From: Octopus sinensis
Taxonomy: Eukaryota
Assembly (NCBI RefSeq): GCF_006345805.1
Contig: NC_042998.1
Location: 78,988,001-79,052,000, forward strand
DNA: 64,000 nt
Direction: 5' to 3'
Position numbers and translations under genes: made by a program. Shown in pieces: positions 39,105 to 52,760 of this stretch (within the stretch, counting starts at the first letter, position 1; every line of letters starts with the position of its first letter). The notes beneath the pieces were generated by a model. It worked only from the letters and a program-made list of their open reading frames with translations. It did not search any database and was not told the DNA's origin.

Positions 39105-40470
39105 TTCCCCTCTTATGTGTCCATAGCTTACACTGAGTGCATCTTATGGAGTTTCTACCTACACCTTTTCTACAGATCAAGCAGGGCCACCTACCTGAAG
39201 GGATTTGTGAGGTGTTCGCCTTCCTACTTACTAGGATTTTGGTTTTTGCAATATTGACTCTAAACCTTGCTTTCACACCTGAAATTTTGCAATATTGATT
39301 CTAAACCTTGCTTTCACACCTGAAATTTCTTCTCTAGTTCTGGTACTGATTCCACTATAAGAGCAAGGTCACCAGCATAGAGGAACTCCCAGGAGCAACC
39401 TGTCTTGAATTCCTCTATTATTTCCTGGAGGACTATGATGAATAAAAGGGGACCGAGAGCTGATCCTTGGTGAACCCCTACTTCTACCCGGAATTCTTCA
39501 CTATACTCATTGCTGACCCTTACCTTACTAACAGCATCCCTGTACAGGATCTGTACAGCTCTTATTAACCACTCGTCGATCCCCAGTTTCAGCATTGCCC
39601 ACCAGATAAGGGATTGGGAGACCCTGTCAGAGGCTTTCTCCAAGTCAACAAAAGCCAAGTACAGAGGTTTATCTTTGGCTAGGTATTTCTCCTGCAGTTG
39701 CCTTACCAGAAATATAGCATCAGTGGAGCTTCTACCTGGCACAAAACCAAACTGCATCTCATCTAAGCAAACTCTCTCCCTAATTAGTTGGTCTATGACC
39801 TTCTCTGTGACCTAGTTTAATACCCCTGTAGTTATTTCTATCAAACGCATCACTTTTACTTTTGTAGCAGTTGACAATGGTGCTGCTACGCCAGTCATTG
39901 GGTATGACTCCTTTGTGAACTACCTGGTTTACAATATGGGTGACTAGGCCATAACCCACACCACCAGATATTTTAAGCATCTCTTCAGTGATTCTTGATA
40001 GGCCGGGGGCTTTTCCTAACTTCATATCCTTAATTGCTTTATCTACCAGGGTGTTATATATTCGGGTAGCTGATCCCTTGACTGGGTCAAAATTTGGCAG
40101 GCTCTCCTCCTCCCATTCATTCTCTACATTCAGCAGCTCTTCATAATGGCTTCTCCAAGCCTCTTTCTTTGCAGAATCACTAAAAGCAAGTGCACAATCA
40201 TCCATGTGGACACATTTCTCTCCTATGACATCACAATTTTCTCTCACACACTATCCTGCAATCCTTTGGTCCTCACATCACTGAACATTGGCAAACTTCT
40301 TATTTTCTGCTTCTCCCTTGGCTATGTATACCTGTCTCCCAGCTTCCCTTCTGGCTATCTGGTACAGTTCCCTGCTACCCCAATTCTTCCAGACTTTCCA
40401 GGCCTGTTTCTTTCCTCTAATGGTTTTGTCTACTATATTAGTCAACCACCACATTACTCTAGGTCACACA
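39105..40470 (-). mobile_element. RTE-clade LINE reverse transcriptase pseudogene
   Basis: ORFs 39780..40247 and 39314..39757 give GKAPG, NYRGI, QFGFVPGRSSTDAIF, FVDLEKASDRV, GVHQGSALGPLLF and LYAGD (degenerate YADD), then the Cys-rich WPCLICRKGVGRNSIRCTQCKLWTH. Frameshifted. Confidence 0.92.
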
Positions 40471-43400
40471 CATATACACATAGAGTATATATATATTCAT
40501 GTTCTTCACCTTTCAGTTTTTTATAATCTTTAATTTCAGTTCTTTATTTTCTTCTTTTACCCATTCATCAAGTTGATTATTCTGATTTTAATTTCTTTCT
40601 TTTATCTTTTTGATTATCTGTCATCTTCAACCTTTTTGTTTATTTCTCTATTATATTGACTGGATCCATGACTTAATTTTTTTTTCTCAATTTCTAGTTA
40701 ACTTTAGAGTTTTACTACCATTTTGTACTATCATCTCTTGCTTCAGCAAGAAAGAATATGGAGCCACATTCTTCCATAAATAATTTTCACCATATTAAAA
40801 ATACCAAACTTTTCTCTGCAGTTCAGATGCATAACATGCATCATCAAAAATATTCGAACCATGATCTTCCTGTCTCTTACTTTCAGACAAAGTGCATCCA
40901 TAGTTATTTTTGAAAGTAGGTTGTGATTTGAGAACAGCTTGGCTGTTATTTCAAGCAAGTTGAGTGATCATACAGAGACTCTTTCATTGTCTTGTGTTAA
41001 TAAGTACTGCTAGTCTGTAGCCTGATATCAATCTTCAAATGTCAGTTCCATTATCAAAGGCCATACTGTTTTTTATTCAGAAATTGTGTGATGATTTTAA
41101 AATACAACACTTAAAAACCTAACGGTACATATTTTTTCTATCCCTCTGAAGAGATTTTGCCTATTTTAATGATTTTATTAATTACTATTCAATCTATTAG
41201 GCCTAATTGAAACAGCTGCAGGAGACCGTGTATGATTTTAGCAGATAATAAATTTTTATTAAATGCTTTATCTCAATTTTCTTACTTTCTCTTGAATGAT
41301 TATAAACCATAATTTATATATAATCCCATTGTTTTATGAATGTTATTATTCACAACACGTATTGGGTATTAAACCAGTAATTCATTGGATGATAACATTC
41401 CTTAATGAGGCTAATTCAACCTCTAATTGAATATATATATGACAACATTATCCAATGTGTTCTTAACTCTTTTAAGATGGTAAAATGTAATTTGAAGATT
41501 TGGCTGCTAATTTTAGCAGGGCCAGTGACCATACAGTCTTTCTCCCTCTATTGTAGATTGAAGGGTTGAAATGGCTAAGCAGAAATACAATTAGAATACC
41601 TACTCACAGACCATGAGTTCAAATATGCTTCTGGCATTTTGTCGTACTTCAGCATGCATCTGTGAATCAGTGGTTATAGTTTGTTAATTGGGAGAAGAGG
41701 AGTCTGCACCTATAAGCTTTATGATCTTCGAAACTCAGTCTATAATATCTATGTGTATATGTAGTAGCAGCACTGTCCCAGATTTATGAGAAGGTCTAAT
41801 GTGGGTCGCAGAACAAAGGGTTTTTCTTTTCTTGTTAAAATGAATCCAGCAAAGATCTTTTGAGAGAATTTGGTAGGAATCAGTAAAAGATTAATTAGTG
41901 AGGCATACAGAAATAAATTAGAGGTAAGGCAAGTGCATCATGTTGGTTTGTGGATGGAGCTTAAGACATTACTGAAACTTTCAAGCAATTTAGAATCAAT
42001 GAAAGATATTACCATTCTTGTAGCTGAAAGCCTAACCTAAGATATCCTCATTTTTCATGTTTTCTATCTCTTTATTCTCTCTCTCTCTCTCTCTCTTTGG
42101 CTGTCTATTTATCAGTCTGTCTATATTGATTTCTTTCTTTCCTCCCCATCCTTCTTCCCCTCTCTTCTCTGCTTCACATTTCTTCTCCCTTTTACTCTTT
42201 ATACCTTTCTCCTCATCTCTCTCTCTTTTGTCATGTGCATTCTTTTTACCAATAGTTTCCCTTCCTCCCCTCTCACTCATTTTCTTGCTTTCTCTGTTTC
42301 TTTAGCTTAATTTCTTTACATCTCTCTTTTCCACCCCTCACCTTACTCTAACCAATTCAACTAACCACAATATCATATGAATAAGAACGCAGTTATTCAA
42401 ACTTCATTTGAACACTAGAATGCCAAATTGAAATTTAACAAACAGACAAAAAGAAGAAGAAGAAAAAGAAAAAGAAAGAAAATACATGTCATCATTGACT
42501 TCCATTTTTGTTTGCTTTCAGTTTGCTTATTTATTTAATTATTCTAATTTGTGACTTCAATTTCATTTACTTACTGTCATGCAATCCAGCTGATAATTGC
42601 CAATCAGAGTTTGAAACATTTAGATACATTACATTGTCCAGGTATGTTTAAAACAATGGAGTAATTGAGCAAAAATAAATTTATAGGATAACTGAGTGAA
42701 AAAAGATTTGTGATAATTGAGTTGTATAGGGATTTATAGGATGATTGATTAAAATTGCTATATATATCAAATATATCTAGTGAATGGCAGAATTAGTAGA
42801 GCAGTGGACAAATTGCCTTGCAGTATTTAGTTACAACTCATGGCATTCTGAGTTCAAATCCTGCCATGTTCAGTTTTGATGTTATCTTTCCAGAGGTTGA
42901 TACAATAAGTAGCACTGAAGTCCTGGGATTCAGTTTGATCACCTGTACTCACCTCAAAATTTATATCCTTGTGCCTATGTTTGAAATCATCATTTTAGAT
43001 ATGAAGGTGAAGAAATTGTAGAAATGGTTGTTTATCTGCACTATTTAATGTCATTCCTATATGTTCTGTAGAAACTGGATAAAATAAGTTCACATACTTG
43101 GAAAAAAATCGAATTAAGTTTATGTTCCCATAGAAACTTGGGATTTTGTGAGTCACTGAGGTAGCCTCTATACTGTTGCTAGACCTATATATAGAAGCCA
43201 AATCTCCAAATTTAAAAGAGAAACAGTCTATAATTGGGTCCTTATTGCAATGTACCCAGGCAGAAAGATGAGATTGTCACAGCTGGAATGGTTTTTATCA
43301 AAGATCTGCTCAGGCAGAATTCATTTGCCTTTCACCTGAGCTAAATAACATACGACCTTGGACAAATGTGTAACTATAATTGATTTGACTGTGCTAGTCG

Positions 43401-44460
43401 TCACTACAGACTGTTAAAATAAGTAGCAATCAATTCAATTGACTATAACTCCTCTTTCCTTATAAACTTAATACCGGTTTCAGAAAATATTATTTCAAAA
43501 ACCATAAAACTTACCTCAAGTACTTCACTATTGTATTTTCCTATTTTTCTTAGGTCAGCTATTCTGCTGCTTATCAGAACTTGTAAGAATTTCTCAGAAA
43601 ACTATAAAAATACAAATTATTTGATTAATAGCACTTACGCTACATTGACCAAAATTGGTTTGTTTAACTTGTTTATTTCATTTATAGCATTTGGTAAATA
43701 ATAATGCTGTTAGTTACAGGTTTCCAATAAACCATTCACTGGTTCACTGTATTTCTAAGAGTGAGAGATTGTCTGTGTACATCTTGGACAAAACAGATAC
43801 CACACTAGTAGTTTTTACTTGAAAGCTCTGTGTTCTTTATTTTCAGCATTCCCAATGATATTTATAACTTTGGTGGACATACAACAGTAAAGGATATAAG
43901 GATATACATATGTATACATACATCTGTGTGTGTGTGTGTACATACATATATATAAATATATAAGTGTATATGAGTGTGTATATCATCATCATCCTCATCA
44001 TCTAATGTCGGCTTTTCATGCTGGCATGGGTTGGACAGTTTGACTGAGGATAGGCAAACCAGGAGGCTGCACCAGGCTCCAATCTGATTCAGCAAGGTTT
44101 CTACAGCTGGATGCCCTTCCTAACGCCAACCACTTGGAGAGTGTAGTGGGTGCTTTGTATGAACCACTAGTATGGGCACCAGTCAGGTGGCGCTGGTATC
44201 ATCCACATCTGAATGGTACTTCTTACATGCCACTAGCACAGGTGCCAGTCAGGCAGCACTGGCAATGACTACACTCATATGGTGCTTTTTACATGCCACT
44301 GGCACAGGTGCCAGTCAGGCAGTAATGGCCTCAGCCACAAAAATGATTATATACATGTTAATATCAAACAATGAGAATGAGTGCTAAATATTGCATTGGT
44401 AGTTAAATATTCTTTATTTGTGAGTTATCACAACCAAGGCAACCAATGGTTACATATATG

Positions 44461-44650
44461 TATTCATATATTTATATACATGTATATGTATATACACATG
44501 TATATATATATATTTGTATACATGTATGTACATGTATTCATATATTTATATACATGTATATGTATATACACATGTATATATATATATTTGTATACATGTA
44601 TGTACATGTATTCATATATTTATATACATGTATATGTATATACACACATG

Positions 44651-44660
<10 letters not shown>
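44461..44660. repeat. 74-bp period TA/CA-derived minisatellite (~2.7 units)
   Basis: TATTCATATATTTATATACATG recurs at 44461, 44535 and 44609. Confidence 0.85.
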
Positions 44661-44689
<29 letters not shown>

Positions 44690-45683
44690 ATTTGTGTGTA
44701 CACATAGATATATAGATATGTATAAATATTGTTTGTACCTATGCATGCATACATATATTTATATAAGCTTCAGTGTTTGGTTGTTTGCCTTGGAAACTTC
44801 ACTATCATTTTTCAAAAAATCCAAAGTCTTCTATACAGATCTGAAATCATCCTAGAATAATACATGAGCAAAAAGGAAAAAAAAAACCCAACTTAGGCGT
44901 GAGGTATTCTCTGGGATGAAACACAGGGAGATGGGGAAGAAAGATTGATCACTCTAATAGAGTTGTATGCCCTCTCCTATTCTTTGCTTCACTCTAACTT
45001 TCTCTCTCACTCTCTCACACACGCACACACACACACACAACTCACATACTCATCCACGTTCTCACTTATCTGTCTTTGACTTCTGTATATACACATTTTA
45101 TACTGGAACACTGTACTCATTAAAATTCCTCATTTAAAGATGATATCTTTGCAAAGTTAGTATGCAGTTTTAAATATGATGTAAGGTAGAACATAATTTA
45201 TTCTTTGTTTCACATTTGAATTTGTGTATATTTATGAAATATTCATGCTCTGTGAATTTAGCTGTAAAGTTTTGTATTTTGGAAAATAAATGAATGTAGT
45301 AGTATGACAAACCTAAGACCCCCACCTCCTAGACACTAACATCTATTTAATGGTGGATGCAGCGATGCTGACAACTAGGGAATCTCAACTTCTGTCTATC
45401 TTTCTGTGTGCCCTGACAACCAAAGAAAAAATGGAATTGGTGGTTGCATATGAATGTACTTCTCCAGTTGTCACAAGAAATCGTTCACCATTTGTTAGTA
45501 ATTCCAAGAAGAGTGTTGTTTCACACATTTGCAAAATATGTATTTAAAAATAAGGCTAGACAATACCAAGACAGCAAATTTTTATAATGACTTATCTTTC
45601 CACAGTGTGAACGTTTGAAACAGTTAAATTAACAACAAACACGATGGACAGAGACTACAAATACTGCAAATGCATTTGCATGC

Positions 45684-45722
<39 letters not shown>

Positions 45723-45727
<5 letters not shown>

Positions 45728-45957
45728 ATTTAAATGCACAACCAAAAGAACTACCAATAGTTTCATGCTATTATGATACTTGAACAGGCATATTTATAAA
45801 ATGCAACATGTATCTTAAAGCAATGTTTCAAGCTCTGTTTATGTGTTGTAGTTAACGTATAAACAGATTGCTTTAACATATTTTATAAATATACCTGATC
45901 AAGTATCATAATCGCATGAGACTTAGTAGCTCTTTTGGTTGTATATTTAAATTGATA
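45723..45957. repeat. Degenerate foldback (imperfect palindrome) between (TA)n tracts
   Basis: TCAATTTAAATGCACAACCAAAAGAACTAC...TATGATACTTGAACAGG pairs with CCTGATCAAGTATCATA...GTAGCTCTTTTGGTTGTATATTTAAATTGA. Confidence 0.8.
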
Positions 45958-45963
45958 TTTACG

Positions 45964-45994
<31 letters not shown>

Positions 45995-46384
45995 ATCATC
46001 ATCATCGTTTAACGTCCGTTCTCCATGCTAGCATGGGTTGGACGGTTCGACCGGGGATCTGGGAAGCCAGAGGCTGCACCAGGCTCCAGTCTTATCTGGC
46101 AATGTTTCTACAGCTGGATGCCCTTCCTAACATATATATTTTGACAAGTTATATTTTTCATCTTGTAGGATGTTCGCAAATCATCTTTCTTGGTGGGATT
46201 GCCAGTTTGAATTCTGACTAACCAAACACATACACGCACACAAAGAGAAAATAAAATACTAGGGTTCAAGGAACTTAAAGATTAGTTAATAAAATGAATT
46301 ATGAATATATTATATAAGTTATATATTGTCATCATTTTTATTTGATATCTCTCCACCATGGTCACAAACACATACACCCTCTCC

Positions 46385-46452
<68 letters not shown>

Positions 46453-46612
46453 TATTTATATATGTACACACACACATATATATGGTGGCATATATATTAT
46501 AATTGATATGTAGATAAATAACATATATTTACATATAAAGAAAAATATACATGAAAATTCTATCATTTATCAAAACATAGCCAAACTGAATATATATTTT
46601 GTTTATTTACAG

Positions 46613-46777
46613 CAAACAAAAGGAAACATAAAAGAGCAAAAACGAAGACCAAAACCAAAAGATGGCACCAAGTTGATTTGTCGTGTTTGCAATGATGTTG
46701 CCCTTGGCTATAATTTTGATGCTGTCACTTGTGAGTCTTGTAAAGCTTTTTTCAGGCGGAATGCTCTGAAGAAAAAG
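46613..46777 (+). CDS. Nuclear receptor (NR1J/HR96/DAF-12-like) DBD exon, zinc finger 1, copy A
   Basis: TTTACAG acceptor, AAG|GTTAGT donor, 165 nt. Translation QTKGNIKEQKRRPKPKDGTKLICRVCNDVALGYNFDAVTCESCKAFFRRNALKKK has a C4 finger with P-box ESCKA and the GYNF.A.TC motif typical of HR96/DAF-12. Confidence 0.93.
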
Positions 46778-47442
46778 GTTAGTTGAAGAACATGGAAACC
46801 TGTGTTATATTTTACTCTACTTATTTTGTGTTCTTTCTATCCAGTTCTTTTTGTTTCCCATTTGTGTGTTTTGTTATGTTTACGTTTTTTTTCAGCATGA
46901 ACCTTTGCGACCATATTTCAATTGTGTGCATTAAATGTTTCTGTATGTGTTTATATGTATGCACTGGTTTGTGTACATATGTGTGCATATTGTGAATATG
47001 TTAGTGTGGGCCTGTGATAGTATGAGTCTGTCAGTGTGTGTCTTTGAATAAATAAGATATTTATAGCTGAAAATCCTATATGTATATATATATATACTCA
47101 TTTCATCTTCTCTTACTTATAATACTTCTTTCTCTCCCTCTCTCTATCTTTCTCTCCCTCCCACTCTCTCCCTCTCTCACACACACATGCTTCCTCTTTA
47201 ACAATTATCATGCTTTCTTTATCGTCTAAGTAGAACTGGCCTTCTCATTATCCAGGTATAAAGGATTTAAAATCTATATCTCAGTTTATCAACCCCAAAT
47301 TTATAGATTTTCTTATTCCATATACAGAGAGATATCAGATGACAAATTACTTGGTGCTACAATGTAAGACTAAAGTGAATAAATAAAATGTACAGGACAA
47401 CATATCTCTACCAGTTTAGATAAAAAATATCCACCTCAGAAC

Positions 47443-47840
47443 AGTGTGGTAAGTAGCTTGCTGACCAACCACATGGTTCTGGGTTCAGTCCCACTGCATG
47501 GCACCTTGGGCAAGTGTCTTCCGCTATAGCCTCGGGCCGATCAAAGACTTGTGAGTGGATTTGGTAGACGGAAACTGAAAGAAGCCAGTCGTGTGTATAT
47601 ATATATATATATATATGTATATGTGTGTTTGTGTGTGCGTGTCTGTGTTTGTCCCCCCAACATCGCTTGACAACCAATGGTGGTGTGTTTACGTCCCCGT
47701 AACTTAGCGGTTCGACAAAAGAGATTGATAGAATAAGTACTAGGCTTACAAAGAATAAGTCCTGGGATCGATTTACTCGACTAAAGGTGGTGCTCCTGCA
47801 TGGCCACAGTCAAATGACTGAAACAAGTAAAAGATTAAAA
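47443..47840 (+). mobile_element. tRNA-derived SINE family A copy (duplicated at ~49232-49630)
   Basis: GTGTGGTAAGTAGCTTGC...GGGTTCAGTCCCACTG...GGCACCTTGGGCAAGTG...AAATGACTGAAACAAGTAAAAGA. Confidence 0.85.
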
Positions 47841-48202
47841 GCCATAAGATTAATACAGTTAAAAAATACTAGCAATTAATTTGTAAACCACAATCAAAAT
47901 CAAAACCTTATGAGATAGATAAACACACTTAACACACTCCTTTCAAATTCTATCTCTAAGCACATGCATGGCTGTGTAGTAAGAAGTTTGTTTCCCAACT
48001 ACGTGATTCCGAGTTCCGTCCCACTACATGGCACCTTGGGCAAGTGCTTTTTTTTATAGCCCCAGATCAACCAAAACCTTGTAACTGGATTTGGCAGATT
48101 GAACTTGAAAACTCATCATATGTATATATTAATATATTTCTTGTGCACGTCCTCACATTTTTTCTTTCTTTATTCCCTGTTTTTTAATTGTTCGTTTGAA
48201 TT

Positions 48203-48242
<40 letters not shown>

Positions 48243-48402
48243 TATTTATATATGTACACACACACATATATATGGTGGCATATATATTATAATTGATATG
48301 TAGATAAATAACATATATTTACATATAAAGAAAAATATACATGAAAATTCTATCATTTATCAAAACATAGCCAAACTGAATGTATATTTTGTTTATTTAC
48401 AG

Positions 48403-48567
48403 CAAACAAAAGGAAACATAAAAGAGCAAAAACGAAGACCAAAACCAAAAGATGGCACCAAGTTGATTTGTCGTGTTTGCAATGATGTTGCCCTTGGCTA
48501 TAATTTTGATGCTGTCACTTGTGAGTCTTGTAAAGCTTTTTTCAGGCGGAATGCTCTGAAGAAAAAG
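48403..48567 (+). CDS. Nuclear receptor DBD exon, zinc finger 1, identical copy B within tandem duplication
   Basis: Identical to 46613-46777 (offset 1790) with intact AG/GT splice sites. Confidence 0.8.
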
Positions 48568-50020
48568 GTTAGTTGAAGAACATGGAAACCTGTGTTATAT
48601 TTTACTCTACTTATTTTGTGTTCTTTCTATCCAGTTCTTTTTGTTTCCCATTTGTGTGTTTTGTTATGTTTACGTTTTTTTTCAGCATGAACCTTTGCGA
48701 CCATATTTCAATTGTGTGCATTAAATGTTTCTGTATGTGTTTATATGTATGCACTGGTTTGTGTACATATGTGTGCATATTGTGAATATGTTAGTGTGGG
48801 CCTGTGATAGTATGAGTCTGTCAGTGTGTGTCTTTGAATAATAAGATATTTATAGCTGAAAATCCTATATGTATATATATATATACTCATTTCATCTTCT
48901 CTTACTTATAATACTTCTTTCTCTCCCTCTCTCTATCTTTCTCTCCCTCCCACTCTCTCCCTCTCTCACACACACATGCTTCCTCTTTAACAATTATCAT
49001 GCTTTCTTTATCGTCTAAGTAGAACTGGCCTTCTCATTATCCAGGTATAAAGGATTTAAAATCTATATCTCAGTTTATCAACCCCAAATTTATAGATTTT
49101 CTTATTCCATATACAGAGAGATATCAGATGACAAATTACTTGGTGCTACAATGTAAGACTAAAGTGAATAAATAAAATGTACAGGACAACATATCTCTAC
49201 CAGTTTAGATAAAAAATATCCACCTCAGAACAGTGTGGTAAGTAGCTTGCTGACCAACCACATGGTTCTGGGTTCAGTCCCACTGCATGGCACCTTGGGC
49301 AAGTGTCTTCCGCTATAGCCTCGGGCCGATCAAAGACTTGTGAGTGGATTTGGTAGACGGAAACTGAAAGAAGCCAGTCGTGTGTATATATATATATATA
49401 TATATATGTATATGTGTGTTTGTGTGTGCGTGTCTGTGTTTGTCCCCCCAACATCGCTTGACAACCAATGGTGGTGTGTTTACGTCCCCGTAACTTAGCG
49501 GTTCGACAAAAGAGATTGATAGAATAAGTACTAGGCTTACAAAGAATAAGTCCTGGGATCGATTTACTCGACTAAAGGTGGTGCTCCTGCATGGCCACAG
49601 TCAAATGACTGAAACAAGTAAAAGATTAAAAGCCATAAGATTAATACAGTTAAAAAATACTAGCAATTAATTTGTAAACCACAATCAAAATCAAAACCTT
49701 ATGAGATAGATAAACACACTTAACACACTCCTTTCAAATTCTATCTCTAAGCACATGCATGGCTGTGTAGTAAGAAGTTTGTTTCCCAACTACGTGATTC
49801 CGAGTTCCATCCCACTACATGGCACCTTGGGCAAGTGCTTTTTTTTATAGCCCCAGATCAACCAAAACCTTGTAACTGGATTTGGCAGATTGAACTTGAA
49901 AACTCATCATATGTATATATTAATATATTTCTTGTGCACGTCCTCACATTTTTTCTTTCTTTATTCCCTGTTTTTTAATTGTTCGTTTGAATTGACATAT
50001 ATATATATATATATATATAT

Positions 50021-50611
50021 GTTGTGCATGAGAAGACCCAGCAAGCCAAGTGAGACCATAACCTGTGGCTTATGCCAGGGATGTAACCAGCCCACTTATG
50101 CATATCTATCCTTCATTGGACACTAAACTCTGCTTGTGAAGACCTGTTGAGGCAAGTGAAATCGAAATTAAATTCAATGACTGGCATCTGTGCTAGTGGA
50201 GCACTAAGAGCACCATCTGAGTATGATCGTTGTCGGAGCTGCTGACTGGCTTCCGTGCCGGTGGCACATAAAAAGCACCATTTGAGCATGATCGTTACCA
50301 GTGGCACCTTGAAAATACATTCAAGCAAGGTCGTTGCCAGTGCTGCTGGACTGGCTCCTGTGCAGGTGGCACGTAAAAAAACACCATTTGAGCTTGACCA
50401 TTGCCAGTACTGCTTGATTGGCTCTTGTGCCGGTGGCATGTAAAAGCACCCACTACACTCTCAGCGTGATTGGTGTTAGGAAGGGCATCCAGCTGTAGAA
50501 GCTCTGCCAGATCAGATTGGAGCCTGGTGCAACCATCTGGTTCACCAGTACTCAGTCAAATCGTCCAACCCATGCCAGCATGGAAAGCAGACGTTAAACG
50601 ATGATGATGAT

Positions 50612-50612
<1 letters not shown>
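50021..50612 (+). mobile_element. LINE 3'-end/SINE-like family C with (GAT)n tail (other copies ~4700-4821, 43982-44340, 45994-46131, 63313-63575)
   Basis: Recurring AAAAGCACCCACTACACTC...AGGAAGGGCATCCAGCTGTAGAA...CCAACCCATGCCAGCATGGAAA...(GAT)n, with internal GTGGCAC.TAAAAAGCACC repeats. Confidence 0.8.
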
Positions 50613-50644
<32 letters not shown>

Positions 50645-50663
50645 CCACACTCACACACACACA

Positions 50664-50715
<52 letters not shown>

Positions 50716-52362
50716 GTATGTGTGTCCCCCACCACTGCTTGGTAACTGGTGTCAGTTTATGTCCCTGTAACTTAGTGGTTTGTCAAAAGAGATCAATAGA
50801 ATAAGTACCAGGCTTTAAAAAATTACTGAGGTCAATTTGTTCAACTAAAAACTCTTCAGAGCACTGCCCCAGCATGTCCACAAGCAAAAGGTAAATGATA
50901 ACAACTGCAAAAAATCCTGCCACAACTCTTTAAGCAATGTGAATATGGAAGCTAAAGGCTTAACTATTAAACTGATATTAGATGATTCTTTCAGGCTTAA
51001 TAAATCATACTTTACTACAGAAGACCTTAATAGTACATTTTGCATCTCTGTTTTGAGAAGCTAGCATCAGTGAAACTTTGAAGTAGTCACTATTGATAAT
51101 AAAAATTATTAACGACAAATATTATTTCAACTCTGCATTTAATATTGAGCCTTCATCCAGTGTATATTTAGTGTATACAAACTATAAAGCAAGTAATTAT
51201 GACAATACAGACACCCACATTAAACAATTAGTAGAAAAAATAGTAGATACTACTTACTCATACTCACTTATAAGTGATGGTTGTGGTTTACATATATTTG
51301 TGCATGTGTATATGTGTGTGCCAGGAATTTTAGAGTGTTGGAAAAAGTACCTTTCAGTATATGGTTGTATCAATTTATATTCTCATTTCAAATTCTGCCA
51401 GGGTCTGCTATGCCTTCCATCCTGAGGTTGACCATATAATTACACCCAAGTACTGGGATAAATGTTATTGATTGTACAACTCCAGCATGGCCACAGTCTA
51501 ATGACTGAAACAAATGAAAGATAAAAGATTACTACAGAATTTTTGCCAAAGTCAGAAATCATTATCATCTGCACAGTGAAATGGCCAAGTGGACATGACG
51601 TTTTAAGTTCAAATCCTCTGTAGGCATTTTGTTGTGCATTTGATAAGAACATGTAATTCTATATTTCTTAGTCTCCTATTACCAGGCATGAAATCATCTA
51701 GTAATGTTACGTATTTAGTTGGTTGTTGTCTGTTTTGAAGCAGAATTATTCAATTTTGCATTATGAAACTGGAGATAAGCACCAGTTCTTAAATCACTCC
51801 CTGGGGCTCTTACAGCATTTATATTCTTATTATCATCTTATTTATTTACTTATGACGAGTGTTCACAACTACTGTATATTTTCATAGGTAAAAAAAGTTT
51901 GCTTTTATCCTAAGAAACCTAACTACAGTTAAAAAGTGTGCCTGAAGGGAAGTAATAGATGTTATTCTTGCAATTCTGCCTAAGCAAATCCAAGAAATCT
52001 AATCTGTAGTAACTTTCCAATAACAACAACAGCAACAGTAATTCTTCATTGCCCAATGGCAGTTGATGGGGGATATTACAAAGCTGCAAAACTGTAATGT
52101 TTTACAGAGAGTGTGGGAAACAGGCAAGGAAAGAAAAAAAGAAAACAATGAAATAACATGTGTGGGCAAATACATCTGTGCCAAAAGGGAAACATCCATA
52201 TTGGGCAAATCCCAAAAAGAAAAAAAAAACAGATTTCAGTTTATTCTGAATACCAAGATCAAATGTCCTCTTTCTCAGTTGTAGGCTGTGGCCTACATTT
52301 GCATATCTAGAGCAGTCCCTTAGTCATGGAAAATTCACCATTTTTACTTCAACAAATTTTCT

Positions 52363-52521
52363 AGGCGCAGCGTGGCTGTGTCGTAAGAAGCTTGCTTCCC
52401 AACCTCATGGTGCCAGGTTTAGTTCCACTCTGTGGCACCTTGGGCAAGTGTCTTCTACTATAGCCTCAGGCTGACCAAAGCCTTGTGACTGGATTTGGTA
52501 GACAGAAACTGAAAGAAGCCC

Positions 52522-52580
<59 letters not shown>

Positions 52581-52760
52581 TGTGTCTGTGCTTGTCCCCC
52601 CCAACATTGCTTGACAACCAATGTTGGTGTGTTTACATCTCTGTAACTTAGCAGTTTGGCAAAAGAGACCAATAGAAAGAATAAGTCCTGGGGGTGACTA
52701 CAGGTGGTGCTCCAGCATGGCTGCAGTCAAATGACTGAAACAAGTAAATATAAAAATAAA
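52363..52760 (+). mobile_element. Near full-length tRNA-derived SINE family A copy
   Basis: Head GGCGCAGCGTGGCTGTG, core GGCACCTTGGGCAAGTGTCTTCTACTATAGCC, internal (TA)n, tail AAATGACTGAAACAAGTAAA. Confidence 0.85.

Larger units (their letters stand above)
46444..50020. repeat. Tandem duplication, unit ~1790 bp, containing the zinc-finger-1 exon
   Basis: 46444-48233 is repeated at 48234-50020 with junctions in (TA)n. Differences seen: 46592 A vs 48382 G, 48018 G vs 49809 A, a 1-nt indel, and TA-tract length. Confidence 0.95.

Noticed and set aside
44381-44855. Overlapping Y/I/M/C/H-rich ORFs (also at 14950, 30431, 37535, 50601 and others)
   Set aside because: Translations of TA/CA microsatellites, which lack stop codons; no splice or domain support.
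50170-50460. Regularly spaced GTGGCAC.TAAAAAGCACC motifs that look like a CRISPR array
   Set aside because: Degenerate internal repeats of retroposon family C; the spacers resemble each other, the context is eukaryotic and there are no cas genes.
52363-52435. tRNA-like sequence with A and B boxes
   Set aside because: Head of SINE family A; no complete cloverleaf and it runs directly into the SINE body.
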